A stretch of DNA of 64,000 bases, taken from positions 136,137 to 200,136 of the forward strand of contig CATOSZ010000008.1 of assembly GCA_951812805.1 (NCBI GenBank), in the 5' to 3' direction. This document shows, in pieces, positions 20,334 through 31,832 of the stretch; within the stretch, counting starts at the first letter, position 1; each line of letters starts with the position of its first letter. The stretch comes from an uncultured Alphaproteobacteria bacterium (GTDB lineage Bacteria > Pseudomonadota > Alphaproteobacteria > GCA-2731375). Under the pieces are notes generated by a model. It saw nothing but the letters and a program-made list of their open reading frames with translations, was not told where the DNA came from and ran no database searches. The translations under genes and the position numbers were made by a program.

Positions 20334-21551
20334 GTGGCCATTGAAAAACCGAACTCCTACCGTGCCGGACCGGACGAGGCCGGGCGTTTCGGCATTCACG
20401 GCGGCCGGTTCGTCGCCGAAACCCTGATGCCCCTGATCTTGGAGTTGGAGAGCGCTTATGAGGCGGCCAAGGCGGATCCCGCCTTCCAGGCCGAACTCGA
20501 CGACTACCTCGAGCATTACGTCGGCCGGCCGAGCCCGATGTATTTCGCCGAGCGGCTGACCGAGCATTTCGGTGGCGCCAAGATCTACTTCAAGCGCGAC
20601 GAGCTGAACCACACCGGGGCGCACAAGATCAATAACTGCATGGGGCAGATCCTGCTGGCCCTGCGGATGGGGAAGACGCGGATCATCGCCGAGACGGGCG
20701 CGGGCCAGCATGGCGTCGCGACGGCTACGGTGGCGGCGCGCTTCGGTCTGCCCTGCATCGTCTATATGGGCGAGACGGATATCGAGCGGCAGAAGCCCAA
20801 CGTCTTCCGCATGCGCCTGCTGGGCGCGGAGGTCCGCGCGGTTACCAGTGGCTCGCGGACCTTGAAGGACGCCTTGAACGAGGCGCTGCGCGATTGGGTG
20901 ACCAACGTCGAGGATACCTTCTACATCATCGGCACCGCGGCCGGCCCGCATCCCTATCCAGAGCTGGTGCGCGACTTCCAGGCCGTGATCGGACGCGAGG
21001 CGAAGGCGCAGATGCTGGCGGCGGAGGGCCGGCTGCCGGACACGCTGGTCGCCTGCATCGGCGGCGGCTCCAATGCCATCGGCCTGTTCCATCCCTTCCT
21101 CGACGATACCGACGTGGCGATCTACGGGGTCGAGGCGGCGGGCCGGGGCATCGAGACGGGCGCGCATGCCGCCTCGCTCACGGCCGGCTCGCCCGGCGTG
21201 CTGCATGGCAACCGCACCTATCTGCTGCAGGACGACGACGGCCAGATCATCGAGGCGCACTCGATTTCCGCCGGTCTCGACTATCCCGGCATCGGGCCCG
21301 AGCATTCCTGGCTGAACGATATCGGTCGGGTGCAGTACGTCACGGCAACGGACGACGAAGCGCTCGAGGCCTTCCAGCTCTGCAGCAAGCTGGAAGGGAT
21401 CATTCCGGCGCTGGAGCCGGCCCACGCGCTGGCCCATGTCGCCAGGATCGCGCCGAGCCTGCCGAAGGACCACATCATCTGCATGAACATGTGCGGGCGC
21501 GGCGACAAGGACATCTTCACCGTGGCCGACGCCCTGGAGGTGACGCTGTGA
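20334..21551 (+). CDS. trpB: tryptophan synthase beta chain
   Basis: PLP motif HTGAHKINN and GGGSNA. Full length, 405 aa. Confidence 0.95.
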   Translation: MAIEKPNSYRAGPDEAGRFGIHGGRFVAETLMPLILELESAYEAAKADPAFQAELDDYLEHYVGRPSPMYFAERLTEHFGGAKIYFKRDELNHTGAHKINNCMGQILLALRMGKTRIIAETGAGQHGVATATVAARFGLPCIVYMGETDIERQKPNVFRMRLLGAEVRAVTSGSRTLKDALNEALRDWVTNVEDTFYIIGTAAGPHPYPELVRDFQAVIGREAKAQMLAAEGRLPDTLVACIGGGSNAIGLFHPFLDDTDVAIYGVEAAGRGIETGAHAASLTAGSPGVLHGNRTYLLQDDDGQIIEAHSISAGLDYPGIGPEHSWLNDIGRVQYVTATDDEALEAFQLCSKLEGIIPALEPAHALAHVARIAPSLPKDHIICMNMCGRGDKDIFTVADALEVTL

Positions 21552-22396
21552 GCGGCGGGGCGGAACGGATCGCGGCCCGCTTCCAGGCGCTTCGTGCCGA
21601 AGGTCGCGCGGGCCTGATCACCTTTTTGACGGCGGGCGATCCGAACTACGAGGTGGCGCGCGACATCCTCTTCGGCCTGCCGGAGGCCGGCGTCGACCTG
21701 ATCGAGATCGGCATGCCGTTCACCGACCCGATGGCCGACGGTCCGACCATCCAGCTCGCCAGCCGGCGGGCGTTGGACGCCGGCATGACGGTCACACGGA
21801 CCCTGGAGCTCGTCACCGAGTTCCGCGCCCGCGACCGGGAAACGCCGATCATCCTGATGGGCTATTACAACCCGATCCATCACCGCGGCGTCGACAAATT
21901 CCTGGCCGAGGCGGGGGCGGCGGGCGTCGACGGCATGATCATCGTCGACCTGCCGCCGGAGGAGGACGCGGAACTCTGCCTGCCGGCATTGCAGGCCGGC
22001 CTAAGCTTCATCCGCCTGGCGACGCCGACGACGGACGATGCGCGCCTGCCCGCGGTCCTCACCAACACCTCGGGCTTTGTCTACTACGTCTCCTATACCG
22101 GCATTACCGGCGCTCGGACCCTCGACGAAGCTCAGGTCGCCGCGTCGTTGGCCCGTCTGCGCCGGCACACGGAGCTGCCGCTGGCGGTCGGCTTCGGCAT
22201 TCGTGAACCGGAACAGGCCGCCGCCGTCGCCCGGGTGGCGGATGCGGTGGTTGTCGGCTCCGCCCTGGTCGATATCATCCGCGGGGCGGCGGAGTCCGAT
22301 GGGGGCATCGATGCCGGCCTGCCGGGCCGGGTCCATGACGCGGTGCGGGCGCTGGCGCGTGGTGTCAGGGGTGCACGAATGGGCGGTGAAGGGTAG
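21548..22396 (+). CDS. trpA: tryptophan synthase alpha chain
   Basis: GTG start overlapping the trpB stop. N-terminal [22 protein letters not shown] matches the TrpA signature. Confidence 0.85.
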   Translation: MSGGAERIAARFQALRAEGRAGLITFLTAGDPNYEVARDILFGLPEAGVDLIEIGMPFTDPMADGPTIQLASRRALDAGMTVTRTLELVTEFRARDRETPIILMGYYNPIHHRGVDKFLAEAGAAGVDGMIIVDLPPEEDAELCLPALQAGLSFIRLATPTTDDARLPAVLTNTSGFVYYVSYTGITGARTLDEAQVAASLARLRRHTELPLAVGFGIREPEQAAAVARVADAVVVGSALVDIIRGAAESDGGIDAGLPGRVHDAVRALARGVRGARMGGEG

Positions 22397-22407
22397 GATT
22401 TCCAGTC

Positions 22408-23631
22408 ATGAACTGGCTCACGAATTTCGTCCGGCCGAAGATCCGCGCCCTCGTTCGTCGCAAGGAGGTGCCGGACAAGCTTTGGATCAAGTGTTCCGAC
22501 TGCGGTCAGATGCTGCATCACAAGGCGGTGGCCGAGGCGAACTTCGTCTGTCCCGAGTGCGATCATCATATGCGCCTCGGCGCGCGCGATCGCTTCAAAG
22601 GCCTGTTCGACGACGGGGTCTTCGCCGAACTGGCGGTGCCCGCGGTGCCGGCCGACCCCCTGAAGTTCCGTGATTCCAAACGCTATGTCGACCGGCTGAA
22701 GGATACCCGGGCGAAGACCGGGCAGGACGACGCCGTGGTCGTCGGGCGCGGCCGGATGGGTGGACACGCCGCCGTCGTCGCCTGTCAGACCTTCGAGTTT
22801 CTCGGCGGCTCCATGGGCATGGCCGCGGGCGAGGCGGTGATCGCCGCCGCCCGCGCCGCGATCGAGGACGATGCGGCGTTGATCGTCGTCACGGCGGCGG
22901 GTGGTGCGCGCATGCAGGAAGGCATCCTCTCCCTCATGCAGATGCCGCGCACGACCATCGCCGTGCAGATGGCACGTGAGGCCGGGCTGCCCTACATCGT
23001 CGTGCTGACCGATCCGACCACGGGGGGCGTCACCGCCTCCTACGCCATGCTGGGCGATATCACCATCGCCGAGCCTGGCGCGCTGATCGGCTTCGCCGGG
23101 CCCCGGGTGATCGAAAGCACGATCCGCGAGCAGCTGCCCGACGGCTTCCAGCGGGCCGAGTACCTGCTGGAACACGGCATGATCGACATGGTCGTCCACC
23201 GCCACGAATTGCGCGAGACTTTGGTTCGCATCGTCGGCCTGCTGCGCAATCGCGATACCCGGATGAGCGAGGTGCCGGACATTGAGGCAGCGGATCCGGA
23301 ACCTGTCCTGCCGGAGCCGGAGATCGTCGAGGACGATGCCGTGGCCGTCGAGGCGATTCCGGTCGAATCGGATGTCGAGGCGCCGGACCCGGAAGACGAC
23401 ACCGTCGTCGAGGTGACGGCAACCGACGAAGGCGAGGCGGTCGACCCGCCGGAGGCGGAACCAGATGACATCGAGGTCCCGGTGGCGGTGGAACCCGTGT
23501 CCGGAGACGAGACCGAAGTCGAAGTCGAACCCGAAGCCGTGGTCGACGAAGAGACGCCGCCTGTCGATCCGGAGCTCGAGATCCCCGAGCCGGTCGCCGA
23601 GGACGGGGCGCCCAAACGGCCCGATGCCTGA
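22408..23631 (+). CDS. accD: acetyl-CoA carboxylase carboxyltransferase subunit beta with a ~125-aa acidic Pro/Glu-rich C-terminal extension
   Basis: N-terminal Zn ribbon (CSDCGQ…CPECDHH) and CT domain to about residue 290. After that comes a low-complexity acidic tail (PEPEIVEDD…[13 protein letters not shown]…). Confidence 0.9.
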   Translation: MNWLTNFVRPKIRALVRRKEVPDKLWIKCSDCGQMLHHKAVAEANFVCPECDHHMRLGARDRFKGLFDDGVFAELAVPAVPADPLKFRDSKRYVDRLKDTRAKTGQDDAVVVGRGRMGGHAAVVACQTFEFLGGSMGMAAGEAVIAAARAAIEDDAALIVVTAAGGARMQEGILSLMQMPRTTIAVQMAREAGLPYIVVLTDPTTGGVTASYAMLGDITIAEPGALIGFAGPRVIESTIREQLPDGFQRAEYLLEHGMIDMVVHRHELRETLVRIVGLLRNRDTRMSEVPDIEAADPEPVLPEPEIVEDDAVAVEAIPVESDVEAPDPEDDTVVEVTATDEGEAVDPPEAEPDDIEVPVAVEPVSGDETEVEVEPEAVVDEETPPVDPELEIPEPVAEDGAPKRPDA

Positions 23632-24949
23632 GGCGGCCGGGGACGAGGGCCTGGCCGGTGCGCTGCGTCGTATGGAGGCCTTGCATCCCCGCGTCATCGA
23701 TCTGACGCTCGGCCGGATCGAACGTCTGCTGGCCGCCCTCGACCATCCCGAACGCCGGCTGCCGCCGGTGGTGCATGTCGCCGGTACCAACGGCAAGGGA
23801 TCGACGATCGCCTATATGCGTGCCGGCCTCGAGGCGGCGGGTTACCGGGTGCATGTCTACACTTCGCCCCATCTCGTGCGCTTCAACGAGCGGATCCGCC
23901 TCGCCGGTGCGATCATCGCGGACGATCATCTGCGCGAGCTGATCGAACGGGCCGAAACCGTCAACGACGGCGCCGAGATTACGTTCTTCGAGATCACCAC
24001 GGCCGTGGCCTATCTGGCGTTTGCCGAGACGCCGGCGGACATTCTGTTGCTGGAAACCGGCCTCGGTGGCCGGCTTGACGCGACCAACGTCATTCCCGCC
24101 CCGGCGCTGTCCGTCATCACGCCGATCAGCCTCGATCATCAGCAGTTTCTCGGCGACAGTTTGCTGGAGATCGCCGGCGAGAAGGCTGGGATCCTGAAGG
24201 CCGGGACGCCGGCGGTGTTCGGCCCGCAATCGGCCACCGTCCTCGACGTGCTGCAGGCCCGGGCCCGGGGACTGGGCCTGCAACCCATGACCCATGGTGC
24301 CGGCTGGCGGGCGCGGCTGGAGGCGGGAAAGCTGATCTATCAATCGGCGGCGGGTGAACGGGTGTTTCCCCGCCCCGGTCTGGCGGGCGCCTATCAGGCG
24401 GAGAATGCCGGCCTCGCCGTCGCGGCGCTCAGTCGGTTGACGGCCTTCGAGGTCGACGACGCGGCGATCGGCCGGGGTTTCGAACAGGTGGAATGGCCGG
24501 CGCGCCTGCAACGTCTCACGCAGGGGCCTCTGATCGACGCGGGCCCCGCGGGGATGGAGCTATGGCTCGACGGCGGCCATAACGCGGGCGCCGGCGCGGC
24601 ATTGGCGGCGACCCTGCTCGACTGGACCATCGACGACCTGGTGCCCCGACCCCTCTATGTCGTGTTCGGGATGGTGGTCTCGAAGGACCCGGCGGGCTTC
24701 CTCGGCCCGCTGGCGGCGCTGTCGCCGAAACTCGCCTATGTGACGATTCCGGGCGACCACCAGAACCTGGCGGCGGACGTCGCCTGCGAGGCGGCGCGTG
24801 GCCTCGGCCTCGACGTGCGCGAGATGGGGGACCTGGCCGGGGCGATGGCCTGGATCGAAGCCGAAACGGCGCGCACGGGCGTGCCGCCGCGCGTCCTCAT
24901 CGCCGGCTCGCTCTATCTCGCGGGTGTGGTTCTGGCCGAGAACGCCTGA
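23624..24949 (+). CDS. folC: bifunctional folylpolyglutamate synthase / dihydrofolate synthase
   Basis: Mur-ligase P-loop [10 protein letters not shown]. Conserved accD-folC order. 8-nt overlap with the accD end. Confidence 0.85.
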   Translation: MPEAAGDEGLAGALRRMEALHPRVIDLTLGRIERLLAALDHPERRLPPVVHVAGTNGKGSTIAYMRAGLEAAGYRVHVYTSPHLVRFNERIRLAGAIIADDHLRELIERAETVNDGAEITFFEITTAVAYLAFAETPADILLLETGLGGRLDATNVIPAPALSVITPISLDHQQFLGDSLLEIAGEKAGILKAGTPAVFGPQSATVLDVLQARARGLGLQPMTHGAGWRARLEAGKLIYQSAAGERVFPRPGLAGAYQAENAGLAVAALSRLTAFEVDDAAIGRGFEQVEWPARLQRLTQGPLIDAGPAGMELWLDGGHNAGAGAALAATLLDWTIDDLVPRPLYVVFGMVVSKDPAGFLGPLAALSPKLAYVTIPGDHQNLAADVACEAARGLGLDVREMGDLAGAMAWIEAETARTGVPPRVLIAGSLYLAGVVLAENA

Positions 24950-24968
24950 CGCGTCGACGCCACGTCGA

Positions 24969-25289
24969 TCAGATCGACGAATTGATCCATTCGACGATCT
25001 TGCTCTTCGGCGCGGCGCCGACCTTGGTCGAGGCCACTTCACCGTCCTTGAACAGGATCAGCGTCGGAATGCCGCGGACCTGGTACTTGGCGGGCGTCGA
25101 GGGATTATCGTCGATATTGATCTTGGCGACGGTCAATTTACCGCCCATTTCGCTGGCGATTTCCTCCAACGCGGGCGCGATCTGTTTGCAGGGCATGCAC
25201 CATTCGGCCCAGAAATCGACGAGCACTGGCTCATTCGAGTTGAGGACGTCCTGATCGAAGGATGAATCGCTGACGGGCTTGCTGGTCAT
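24969..25289 (-). CDS. trxA: thioredoxin with non-canonical active site W-C-M-P-C
   Basis: 106 aa thioredoxin fold ([13 protein letters not shown] … GIPTLILFK). I checked the reverse complement of 25181-25220 and it reads tgg tgc atg ccc tgc. Position downstream of addA matches the alphaproteobacterial addB-addA-trxA order. Confidence 0.85.
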   Translation of the reverse strand: MTSKPVSDSSFDQDVLNSNEPVLVDFWAEWCMPCKQIAPALEEIASEMGGKLTVAKINIDDNPSTPAKYQVRGIPTLILFKDGEVASTKVGAAPKSKIVEWINSSI

Positions 25290-25377
25290 GGGTTTTCCCC
25301 TGATGTCTTGCGGTTGTTTCGCCTCCCGGCCCGCACGCGGGCCCTTGCTCGAAAGGTAGGTGGCGGCGCGGGGGTCG

Positions 25378-28300
25378 TCAAGGCAGGTGGCGGTCGAGCA
25401 GCGCGTCGGGGATTGCCATCAGCCGGGGCGCCGCGGTCCACAGCAGGGCGGCGCGCAGGCGGCGGTCTGGATAGACCTCGGCCAGCAGGGCCCGATAGAG
25501 CGCGAGCTGCGCGAGATAGGTCCGGGAGACGTCGGCGGCCGCCGTAGGGGGCGGCCGGTTGCTCTTGTAGTCCACGATCAGCACCGCCTCGTCCGTGACC
25601 GCCAGGCGGTCGATCTGGCCGGTGACGACGTGCCCGCCGACCAGGCCGGTGATCGGAACCTCCGCCCGGCTGCCGGGCGCGAAAAGGGGGGCGAAGGCGC
25701 CGTCCTCCAATACCGCCAGGGCCTCGGCTGCGAGGTCGCCGCGCGCGGCGTCGTCCGTCACGCCGGCGCGAATCAGCAGCCGCTCGGCGAGGGCGGCGCG
25801 TTCGGCGGGGGCGACGTCCGGCATGTGTTGCAGCAGGCGATGCAGCAGATTGCCCCGGCGGAAGCGGGCGGCTTGCCCCGGGCCGAGGGGCGAGGCCACC
25901 GGCGGCGCCTCCGCTTCGACGCCGGATGGGGCGAGGGGTCGCGGCGGCACCGGTTCGGCCGGCGCCGGTGCCTCCAGCCAGTCCGGTCGCGGTTGCACCG
26001 CAATTGACTGGTCTTCGGGTTCGGCCTTTCGCACGGCGTCGGCCAGTTGGGGCGTTTCGTAGCGCAGCATCTCGCGCCCGTCGCCGAGTGATACGGGCCG
26101 GCCGAGGCGTGCCATCGCGCGGGCGATCAGGTCGTACCAGCAGCCCTCCGGCAGCGTCTTGTGAACCTGCCAACCGGCGACGTACAGCCGGTCGCGCGCC
26201 CGGGTCATCGCGACGTAGAGCAGGCGGCGATATTCGCGTTCCCGCTCCCGCGTGGCGGCGGCCTTCAGCTCGTTGCAATGGTCCGGTTCGATCCGCGTGC
26301 GCGGCACCCAAAAGAGCAGTTCGCGCTCATCCGCGCCCACCCCGTCGTCGAAATAGAGCGGCAGGTCCGGGCGTGGCTTGCGCACGGTATCGGCCAGGAT
26401 GACGATCGGCGCCTCCTGCCCTTTGGCACCGTGCACGGTCATGATGCGAACCTCGCCCCGGCCGCGATCCAGGTCGCGTTTGACCTCGCCGCGCCCGGTC
26501 TCGATCCAGTGCAGAAGGCCCTGTAGCGAGGGCGTGTGCTGTTGCTCGTGCGCCAGGGTCAGCGCGAGGAATTCGTCGATCGCCTCGTCGGCCTCGCGGC
26601 CCAACCGTTCCAGCAGCCGTCGCCGGCCGCCGTCGACGTCCAGAACGGTCGAGAAGAATTCGTAAGGCGCCGTGAAGTCGCCCGCCGCCCGCCAGGCGGC
26701 GAGCCGGCGGTACGCCTCCGCCAATTCCGCATCGCCCGGGGCGCGGCGGATCAGGCTGCGCCAGAGGTTGTGGCCTTTCGCGCGGTCATGGGCGCAGCGA
26801 TAGAGTGCCGCCTCGTCGAGCCCGACCAGCGGGCTTTTCAGCAAGGCGGCGAGGTTGAGGTCGTCCTCCGGCAGCAGCGTGAAGCGGCCGAGCGCCAGCA
26901 GGTCCATCACCGCCAGTTGCTCCGCCAGCACCATGCGATCGATGCCGGCGACAGGCACCTGTTTTTGTTTCAGGCGGCGGACCACCTCGTCGATGAAGGG
27001 GCCGCGGCGTTGGACCAGGATCATGATGTCGCCGGGCTCGATGGGCCGGCCCTCGGCGGCCAGTTCCTCGCCCCTCTCAAGCCAGCCGCGAATTCGCGTG
27101 GCGATGTCTTCGGCGAGACGGACGAGGGGCGGGGCTACACGCTCCTGCGCCACCGGCGGGGCCCAGGTGTCCGCGGTCTCGGCCTCCTCCGGTACCTCGG
27201 GCGGCCAGAGTTCGACCAGCCCGCCGTCGGCGCGACGGAACGGTTCGTGCCGGTCCGTCGTGCCGGGCGCGATGACACCATCGCGTGCCGCCTCGTCGGC
27301 GAAGACCTCGTCCACGATATCGAGCACCGCAGGCGTCGAGCGGAAGGACAGGATCAGATCGACCGGGCGCAGCGCTTCGCCGACCGCGCCGGCGCGGGAC
27401 TGGAAATGGCTCTCCATATCGATGAAGCCCTGCGGATCGGCCCGCTGGAATCCGTAGATCGATTGTTTGGGGTCGCCGACGGCGAACACGGTGCGGCGGG
27501 TCTCCCTTGCGCCCTCGCCGGAGAAGAACTCCTCCGCGATGGCGCGGACGATCTCCCACTGTTCGGGATTGGTGTCCTGCGCCTCGTCGATCAGCACGTG
27601 GTCGATGCCGCCGTCGAGCTTGTAGAGCACCCAGGGCGCACGGGCGGGATCGGCCAGCAGGTTGCGGGTCGCCAGGATCAGGTCGTCGAAGTCGACCAGC
27701 CCACGCCGACGCTTCTCGTCCTCGTAACGGTCGATCAGCCGGAGGCCGAGACCGAGCACCGCGGCGCTGGCCTCGACCACCGCGAGGGCGCGAAGCTTCT
27801 GATCGAGGGCGACGATGCGCGCCTGCTCGCCGGCCAGCAGGTCCGCCGCTTCCGGCGCGATTGCCAGCGTCTGCTTGGTGACCAGGCGGGCACGTGGTGC
27901 GCCGTCGGCCGTCAGGAAGACGTTCATATAGTCGTCCAGGGCCTCGACCCTTTCCCCGGGTTGCTCGAGCCAGGCCGCGATCCGCGCGGCCGATTGGCGG
28001 TCAGTCTTGGATCCCTCCGCCATCGCTTCGGCGATACGATAGAGCTCCGCCCCGTCGAACGACTCTTCGGCGACGGCGTGGCGCCTGACGCCGTCGGGAT
28101 CGTCGTCGGGGGCGAGGCCGAGGCGGGCGCGCATGGCATCGAGGACGTCGTTCAGGCCGCCACCGCCCCCGCCCCCGCCCCCGCCCCCGCCCCCGCCCCC
28201 GCCCCCGCCACTGCCACTGCCACTGCCACTGCCCCCGCCACTGCCCCGGGCCAGGCGCTGGAGACGTGCCCGCTCCGCCGTCAGCGTGCGCATCAGCCCC

Positions 28301-28887
28301 ATGTAGCGTTCCTCGTCGACATGGGCGGCGAGCACGGCGCTGCGGCCGCCGCCGGCGGCGACATCCTCCGCCAGCACCCGTTCGCGCGCCTCGGCCAGCA
28401 GCTCGTCGGCCGTACGTTCGTCCAGAACGGCGAAATGCGGGGGCAGCAGCGCCTCGATCGGAAAGCGGGCCAGCAGGGACTGGCAGAAGGCGTGAATGGT
28501 CTGGATCGCCATGCCGCCCGGCGAGTCCAGCACCCGGCAGAACAGGCGGCGGGCGAGGTCGGTGTCGTGCAGCTCGCCCGGCCGGCCGGTCAGCTCGAAC
28601 AGCGCGTCTCGCAGCGCCACATCGTTCATCACCGCCCACTCCCCCAGCCGTCGGTGCAGCCGGTTGGCCATTTCCGCCGCCGCGGTCTTGGTGAAGGTCA
28701 GGCAGAGGATGCGTTCCGGCGGCGCGCCGGCCAGCATCAGCCGCAATACGCGTGAGGTCAGCACGTGTGTCTTGCCGGTGCCGGCGGAGGCGGAAACCCA
28801 GCTCGAAGTTTCCGGATCGCTCGCCATCGTCTGGCGGTCGATCGCCGGTATCGGAGCGGGGGAGCCCGTCGTCGGTGGCCGGGTCAT
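25378..28887 (-). CDS. addA: double-strand break repair helicase AddA (UvrD-like helicase plus C-terminal PD-(D/E)XK nuclease)
   Basis: Walker [11 protein letters not shown], UvrD helicase motifs and a C-terminal nuclease region (…[11 protein letters not shown]…). Contains an internal Gly/Ser low-complexity insert encoded by hexanucleotide repeats. ATGA overlap with the addB stop. Confidence 0.9.
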   Translation of the reverse strand: MTRPPTTGSPAPIPAIDRQTMASDPETSSWVSASAGTGKTHVLTSRVLRLMLAGAPPERILCLTFTKTAAAEMANRLHRRLGEWAVMNDVALRDALFELTGRPGELHDTDLARRLFCRVLDSPGGMAIQTIHAFCQSLLARFPIEALLPPHFAVLDERTADELLAEARERVLAEDVAAGGGRSAVLAAHVDEERYMGLMRTLTAERARLQRLARGSGGGSGSGSGSGGGGGGGGGGGGGGGGGGLNDVLDAMRARLGLAPDDDPDGVRRHAVAEESFDGAELYRIAEAMAEGSKTDRQSAARIAAWLEQPGERVEALDDYMNVFLTADGAPRARLVTKQTLAIAPEAADLLAGEQARIVALDQKLRALAVVEASAAVLGLGLRLIDRYEDEKRRRGLVDFDDLILATRNLLADPARAPWVLYKLDGGIDHVLIDEAQDTNPEQWEIVRAIAEEFFSGEGARETRRTVFAVGDPKQSIYGFQRADPQGFIDMESHFQSRAGAVGEALRPVDLILSFRSTPAVLDIVDEVFADEAARDGVIAPGTTDRHEPFRRADGGLVELWPPEVPEEAETADTWAPPVAQERVAPPLVRLAEDIATRIRGWLERGEELAAEGRPIEPGDIMILVQRRGPFIDEVVRRLKQKQVPVAGIDRMVLAEQLAVMDLLALGRFTLLPEDDLNLAALLKSPLVGLDEAALYRCAHDRAKGHNLWRSLIRRAPGDAELAEAYRRLAAWRAAGDFTAPYEFFSTVLDVDGGRRRLLERLGREADEAIDEFLALTLAHEQQHTPSLQGLLHWIETGRGEVKRDLDRGRGEVRIMTVHGAKGQEAPIVILADTVRKPRPDLPLYFDDGVGADERELLFWVPRTRIEPDHCNELKAAATREREREYRRLLYVAMTRARDRLYVAGWQVHKTLPEGCWYDLIARAMARLGRPVSLGDGREMLRYETPQLADAVRKAEPEDQSIAVQPRPDWLEAPAPAEPVPPRPLAPSGVEAEAPPVASPLGPGQAARFRRGNLLHRLLQHMPDVAPAERAALAERLLIRAGVTDDAARGDLAAEALAVLEDGAFAPLFAPGSRAEVPITGLVGGHVVTGQIDRLAVTDEAVLIVDYKSNRPPPTAAADVSRTYLAQLALYRALLAEVYPDRRLRAALLWTAAPRLMAIPDALLDRHLP
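28140..28245 (-). repeat. in-frame hexanucleotide microsatellite inside addA: (GCCCCC)~8 followed by (ACTGCC)~5 on the plus strand
   Basis: Read directly at 28160-28245. It encodes [28 protein letters not shown] in AddA. Confidence 0.85.
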
Positions 28888-31832
28888 TCTCCGCCCTCCG
28901 CCACGCCGCCCCATTCCGCCAGGCGGGCGAGGTGGCCATAGTCCGAGAAACGGGGCGCCGCGCGTGGCCGGGGCCGGGCGCGATAGGGGGTTTCGGGATC
29001 GTCAAAGGCGACGACGAGACCGGCGAGGCCGGCCCGCGCCGCCTCGGCCGCATCCTCCGCGTCGAGCTTCAAGGTCCGCACCCGTCCCGCCGGCTGGCCT
29101 CCGCCGAGTTGCCAGTAGGCGAGGCCGTCGACGCGTCCCGCCGGCACCCCGTCGAAGCCGCCCGCCCGCGCGATCGCCGCCTCGAGAGGCAGTTGCGGGG
29201 CGAAGCCTTGGGCGACCTCCCGCTCGCCGGGCGGCTGCCCGGTCTTGTAGTCGATGACGATCAGTCCGCCGTCGCTGGCCCGATCGATGCGGTCGGCGCG
29301 CGCGACCAGGGTGAAGTCGCCGCCCGGCCCCGGCAGCACCAGGCGCCCTTCCGCCTCGTTGCCGAGCGGGCGCGCCTCGGCCCGATGGCCTCGTTCATGG
29401 GCGATGAACCATTCCGCCACCCGCTCGAAGCGAGGCCACCAGAAGGCGCGAATTCCCGGGCGGCGCAGCAGATCGCCGAATGCCGTGCGGCCGTGTTCCA
29501 GCAGACGGGCGAGCGCGTCGTCGGGCACGTCGTCCGGATAGTCGCGGGTAAAGGCCTCGAGGGCCGCGTGAATGGCGCTGCCCCGGTCGGCCGCGCCCGC
29601 ATCGGCATCGATCTCGTCGAGCGCACGCAGCCCCAGGATATGGCGGGCGTAGATCGCATAGGGGTCACGCATCCAGGTTTCGATCTGCGTCGCGGAGAGG
29701 CTGCGCGGCCGGGCGGCGAGCGGCGGGCGCGGCGCGGGCGGCGGGGTCGGCGCATAGCGGGTCGGCGCCGAAAGATCCTCGCGCCAGGCCTCCCAGCCGG
29801 GTATCGGTGCGCCCCAGGCGGTGAGCCCGGCCCCCGCCGCCACGACATCGAGCCGGGTCAGCCAGCGCGACGGTACGGTTTCCGTCCCTTCGACCTTCTG
29901 TGCCCGTGTCAGCACGACATGCGGGGCCGAGGCCGCCTGAACGAAGTCGTGCGCGGCGAGACCGATGCGCCGTTCGGGCGAGGGCAGGCCGGCGCGGGCG
30001 CGCATGGGTCGGCTGAGCCACGGGTCGACCTCCGCCTCCGCCGGCCACACCCCTTCGTTCAGGCCGCTCAGGACCAGCATGTCGACGGCTTGCAGGCGCG
30101 CCTCCAGCGGTCCCCAGATGTGCAGCCGGGGGTGGCGGCCGTGCGTCGGGCGGACGACCCGGCCGGCCATCAGCTCCGCGAACATGGCCGGATGGCCGGC
30201 GGCTTCGACAGGGCGGAGGCCGGGCGCCGCTTCGCCGATCTCGTACGCTAGATCGCCCGCCGCCTCGCCCGCCCTGCCGTCCCAGAGGAGGGGGCGGGCG
30301 TTCTCGTCACGGCTCAGGGCCTCGGCGGCGGCGAAGTGGGCCTCGGCCAGATCCTCGAAACGGGCCTGGCCGGCCTGGACGAGCGCCTGGTACGGTGCGG
30401 CTGCCGCTTCCAACCGGTCCAGCAGCGGATGCAGGGCGCGCGTCGCGCCATCGTCGTCGCGGAGCAAGTCGCGCAGCCCCCGAAGGCCGGCCGCCGGGCG
30501 GGACCCCCTGAGCGCACGCAACTCCAAGCCACGTGCCCGGGCCCGCGCGCGGGCCGGCGTCATGCCGGCGCGAAACAACGGATGCTTCATCAAGGCCAAC
30601 AGGGGGACCGGCGCGAACGCGGCGGCCATGGCTTCGGCCACCAGGCGAAGGAACACGCCGACAGGGGTGCGGGCGAGCGGCAGGCCGGCGGAATCGTCGA
30701 TCTCCACCCCCCAGCGGCGCAGCAGCACGACGACCCGGCGTGCCAGCTCCCGGTCCGGCGTCACCAACGCGGCGGTGGCGCCCGGTCGCTCCAGCGTCTC
30801 GCGCAGGCGCAGGGCGATGATCTCCGCCTCCTCGCGCGAGCTCAGGCAGACGTGCCGCTCGAACCCGTCGACCGCTTCGGCGGGCAGCGCCGGCAACGCC
30901 CGCCAGGCCTGGCTGGTTTCCGCCGGGCGCATGGCCTCGCGCAGGAGGTGGGCGCGGTGACCGGCGGCGGCGGTGGGCGCGAGCGACCAGGGCCAGGGGC
31001 GCACCGCGTCACGGTCGACCTCCAGGCGGGCGAGAAGCTGTTTCAGGCCGCCTTGATGATGGCCTTCGCCGAGGGCGGCCCAGCTTTCGGGATCGAGTTC
31101 CGCGTCGAGGCCGGGCAGGACCACGGCGCCCTTGGGCAGGCGGGCGACGACGTCGAGCAGTTCCGCCGTCGCCGGGATGCTGCCGGTCGACCCCGCGGCG
31201 ATGACGGGCGCGTCGGGTGGTGCCCGGCGCCAGGCCTCGGCCCGCCGGCGGATCATGGCGTTGCGCCGCGCCACCCCTTCCATCGCGCCCTCCGCGTCCA
31301 GCAGGCCGCGCCACGGCGCGTCGAGGATCTGCAGGAAGGCGAGGGTCTGGCGCCAGTGGTCGGCGAACTCGTCCGGCACAAGGTCGCGCAGGTCCTCGAG
31401 GCTTCGGTCCTCGCGGGCGAGCAGGTCGAGCAGGCGGGCGAGATCGCCGGCGAGGCCGAGGGCGCGGGCGGCGTCCAACCGGCCCATCACGCCGCTGCCG
31501 CGGACCAGCTCCGCCAGTAAGAGCTGGCGCCGGGCCGGGCTCGGCGCCGGTGGGAGGTCGAGGGCGAGCGGGTCCTCGAAGGCCTCGACCAGCAGTTCGT
31601 CCTCGTCCCCGTCGCCGAGAGGGCGCAAAGTCGGCAGCAGCATCGCCCGGCCCGCACTCCGGCGCAGGAAGGCTTCGGCGAGCGCGCGGCAGGCGCGCCG
31701 GGTCGGCAAGAGGACCGTCATCGCCGACAGCCGGCCCGGATCGCCCTCGGCCATGGCGAGCAGACCGCGGGCGAGGTCGTCGAGGAAGGGCGCGCCGGGG
31801 GGGATCGAATAGAGGGTGGGCGCGTCGCTCAT
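28884..31832 (-). CDS. addB: double-strand break repair protein AddB (alphaproteobacterial type)
   Basis: ~980-aa protein starting MSDAPTLYSIPPGAPFLDDLA, with a C-terminal PD-(D/E)XK-like region. ATGA overlaps on both sides (murU-like and addA). Confidence 0.85.
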   Translation of the reverse strand: MSDAPTLYSIPPGAPFLDDLARGLLAMAEGDPGRLSAMTVLLPTRRACRALAEAFLRRSAGRAMLLPTLRPLGDGDEDELLVEAFEDPLALDLPPAPSPARRQLLLAELVRGSGVMGRLDAARALGLAGDLARLLDLLAREDRSLEDLRDLVPDEFADHWRQTLAFLQILDAPWRGLLDAEGAMEGVARRNAMIRRRAEAWRRAPPDAPVIAAGSTGSIPATAELLDVVARLPKGAVVLPGLDAELDPESWAALGEGHHQGGLKQLLARLEVDRDAVRPWPWSLAPTAAAGHRAHLLREAMRPAETSQAWRALPALPAEAVDGFERHVCLSSREEAEIIALRLRETLERPGATAALVTPDRELARRVVVLLRRWGVEIDDSAGLPLARTPVGVFLRLVAEAMAAAFAPVPLLALMKHPLFRAGMTPARARARARGLELRALRGSRPAAGLRGLRDLLRDDDGATRALHPLLDRLEAAAAPYQALVQAGQARFEDLAEAHFAAAEALSRDENARPLLWDGRAGEAAGDLAYEIGEAAPGLRPVEAAGHPAMFAELMAGRVVRPTHGRHPRLHIWGPLEARLQAVDMLVLSGLNEGVWPAEAEVDPWLSRPMRARAGLPSPERRIGLAAHDFVQAASAPHVVLTRAQKVEGTETVPSRWLTRLDVVAAGAGLTAWGAPIPGWEAWREDLSAPTRYAPTPPPAPRPPLAARPRSLSATQIETWMRDPYAIYARHILGLRALDEIDADAGAADRGSAIHAALEAFTRDYPDDVPDDALARLLEHGRTAFGDLLRRPGIRAFWWPRFERVAEWFIAHERGHRAEARPLGNEAEGRLVLPGPGGDFTLVARADRIDRASDGGLIVIDYKTGQPPGEREVAQGFAPQLPLEAAIARAGGFDGVPAGRVDGLAYWQLGGGQPAGRVRTLKLDAEDAAEAARAGLAGLVVAFDDPETPYRARPRPRAAPRFSDYGHLARLAEWGGVAEGGE

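Noticed and set aside
28140-28245. GCCCCC/ACTGCC tandem array considered as a possible CRISPR-like or intergenic repeat
   Set aside because: It lies inside the addA frame and is unit-length 6 with no spacers, so it is a coding microsatellite.
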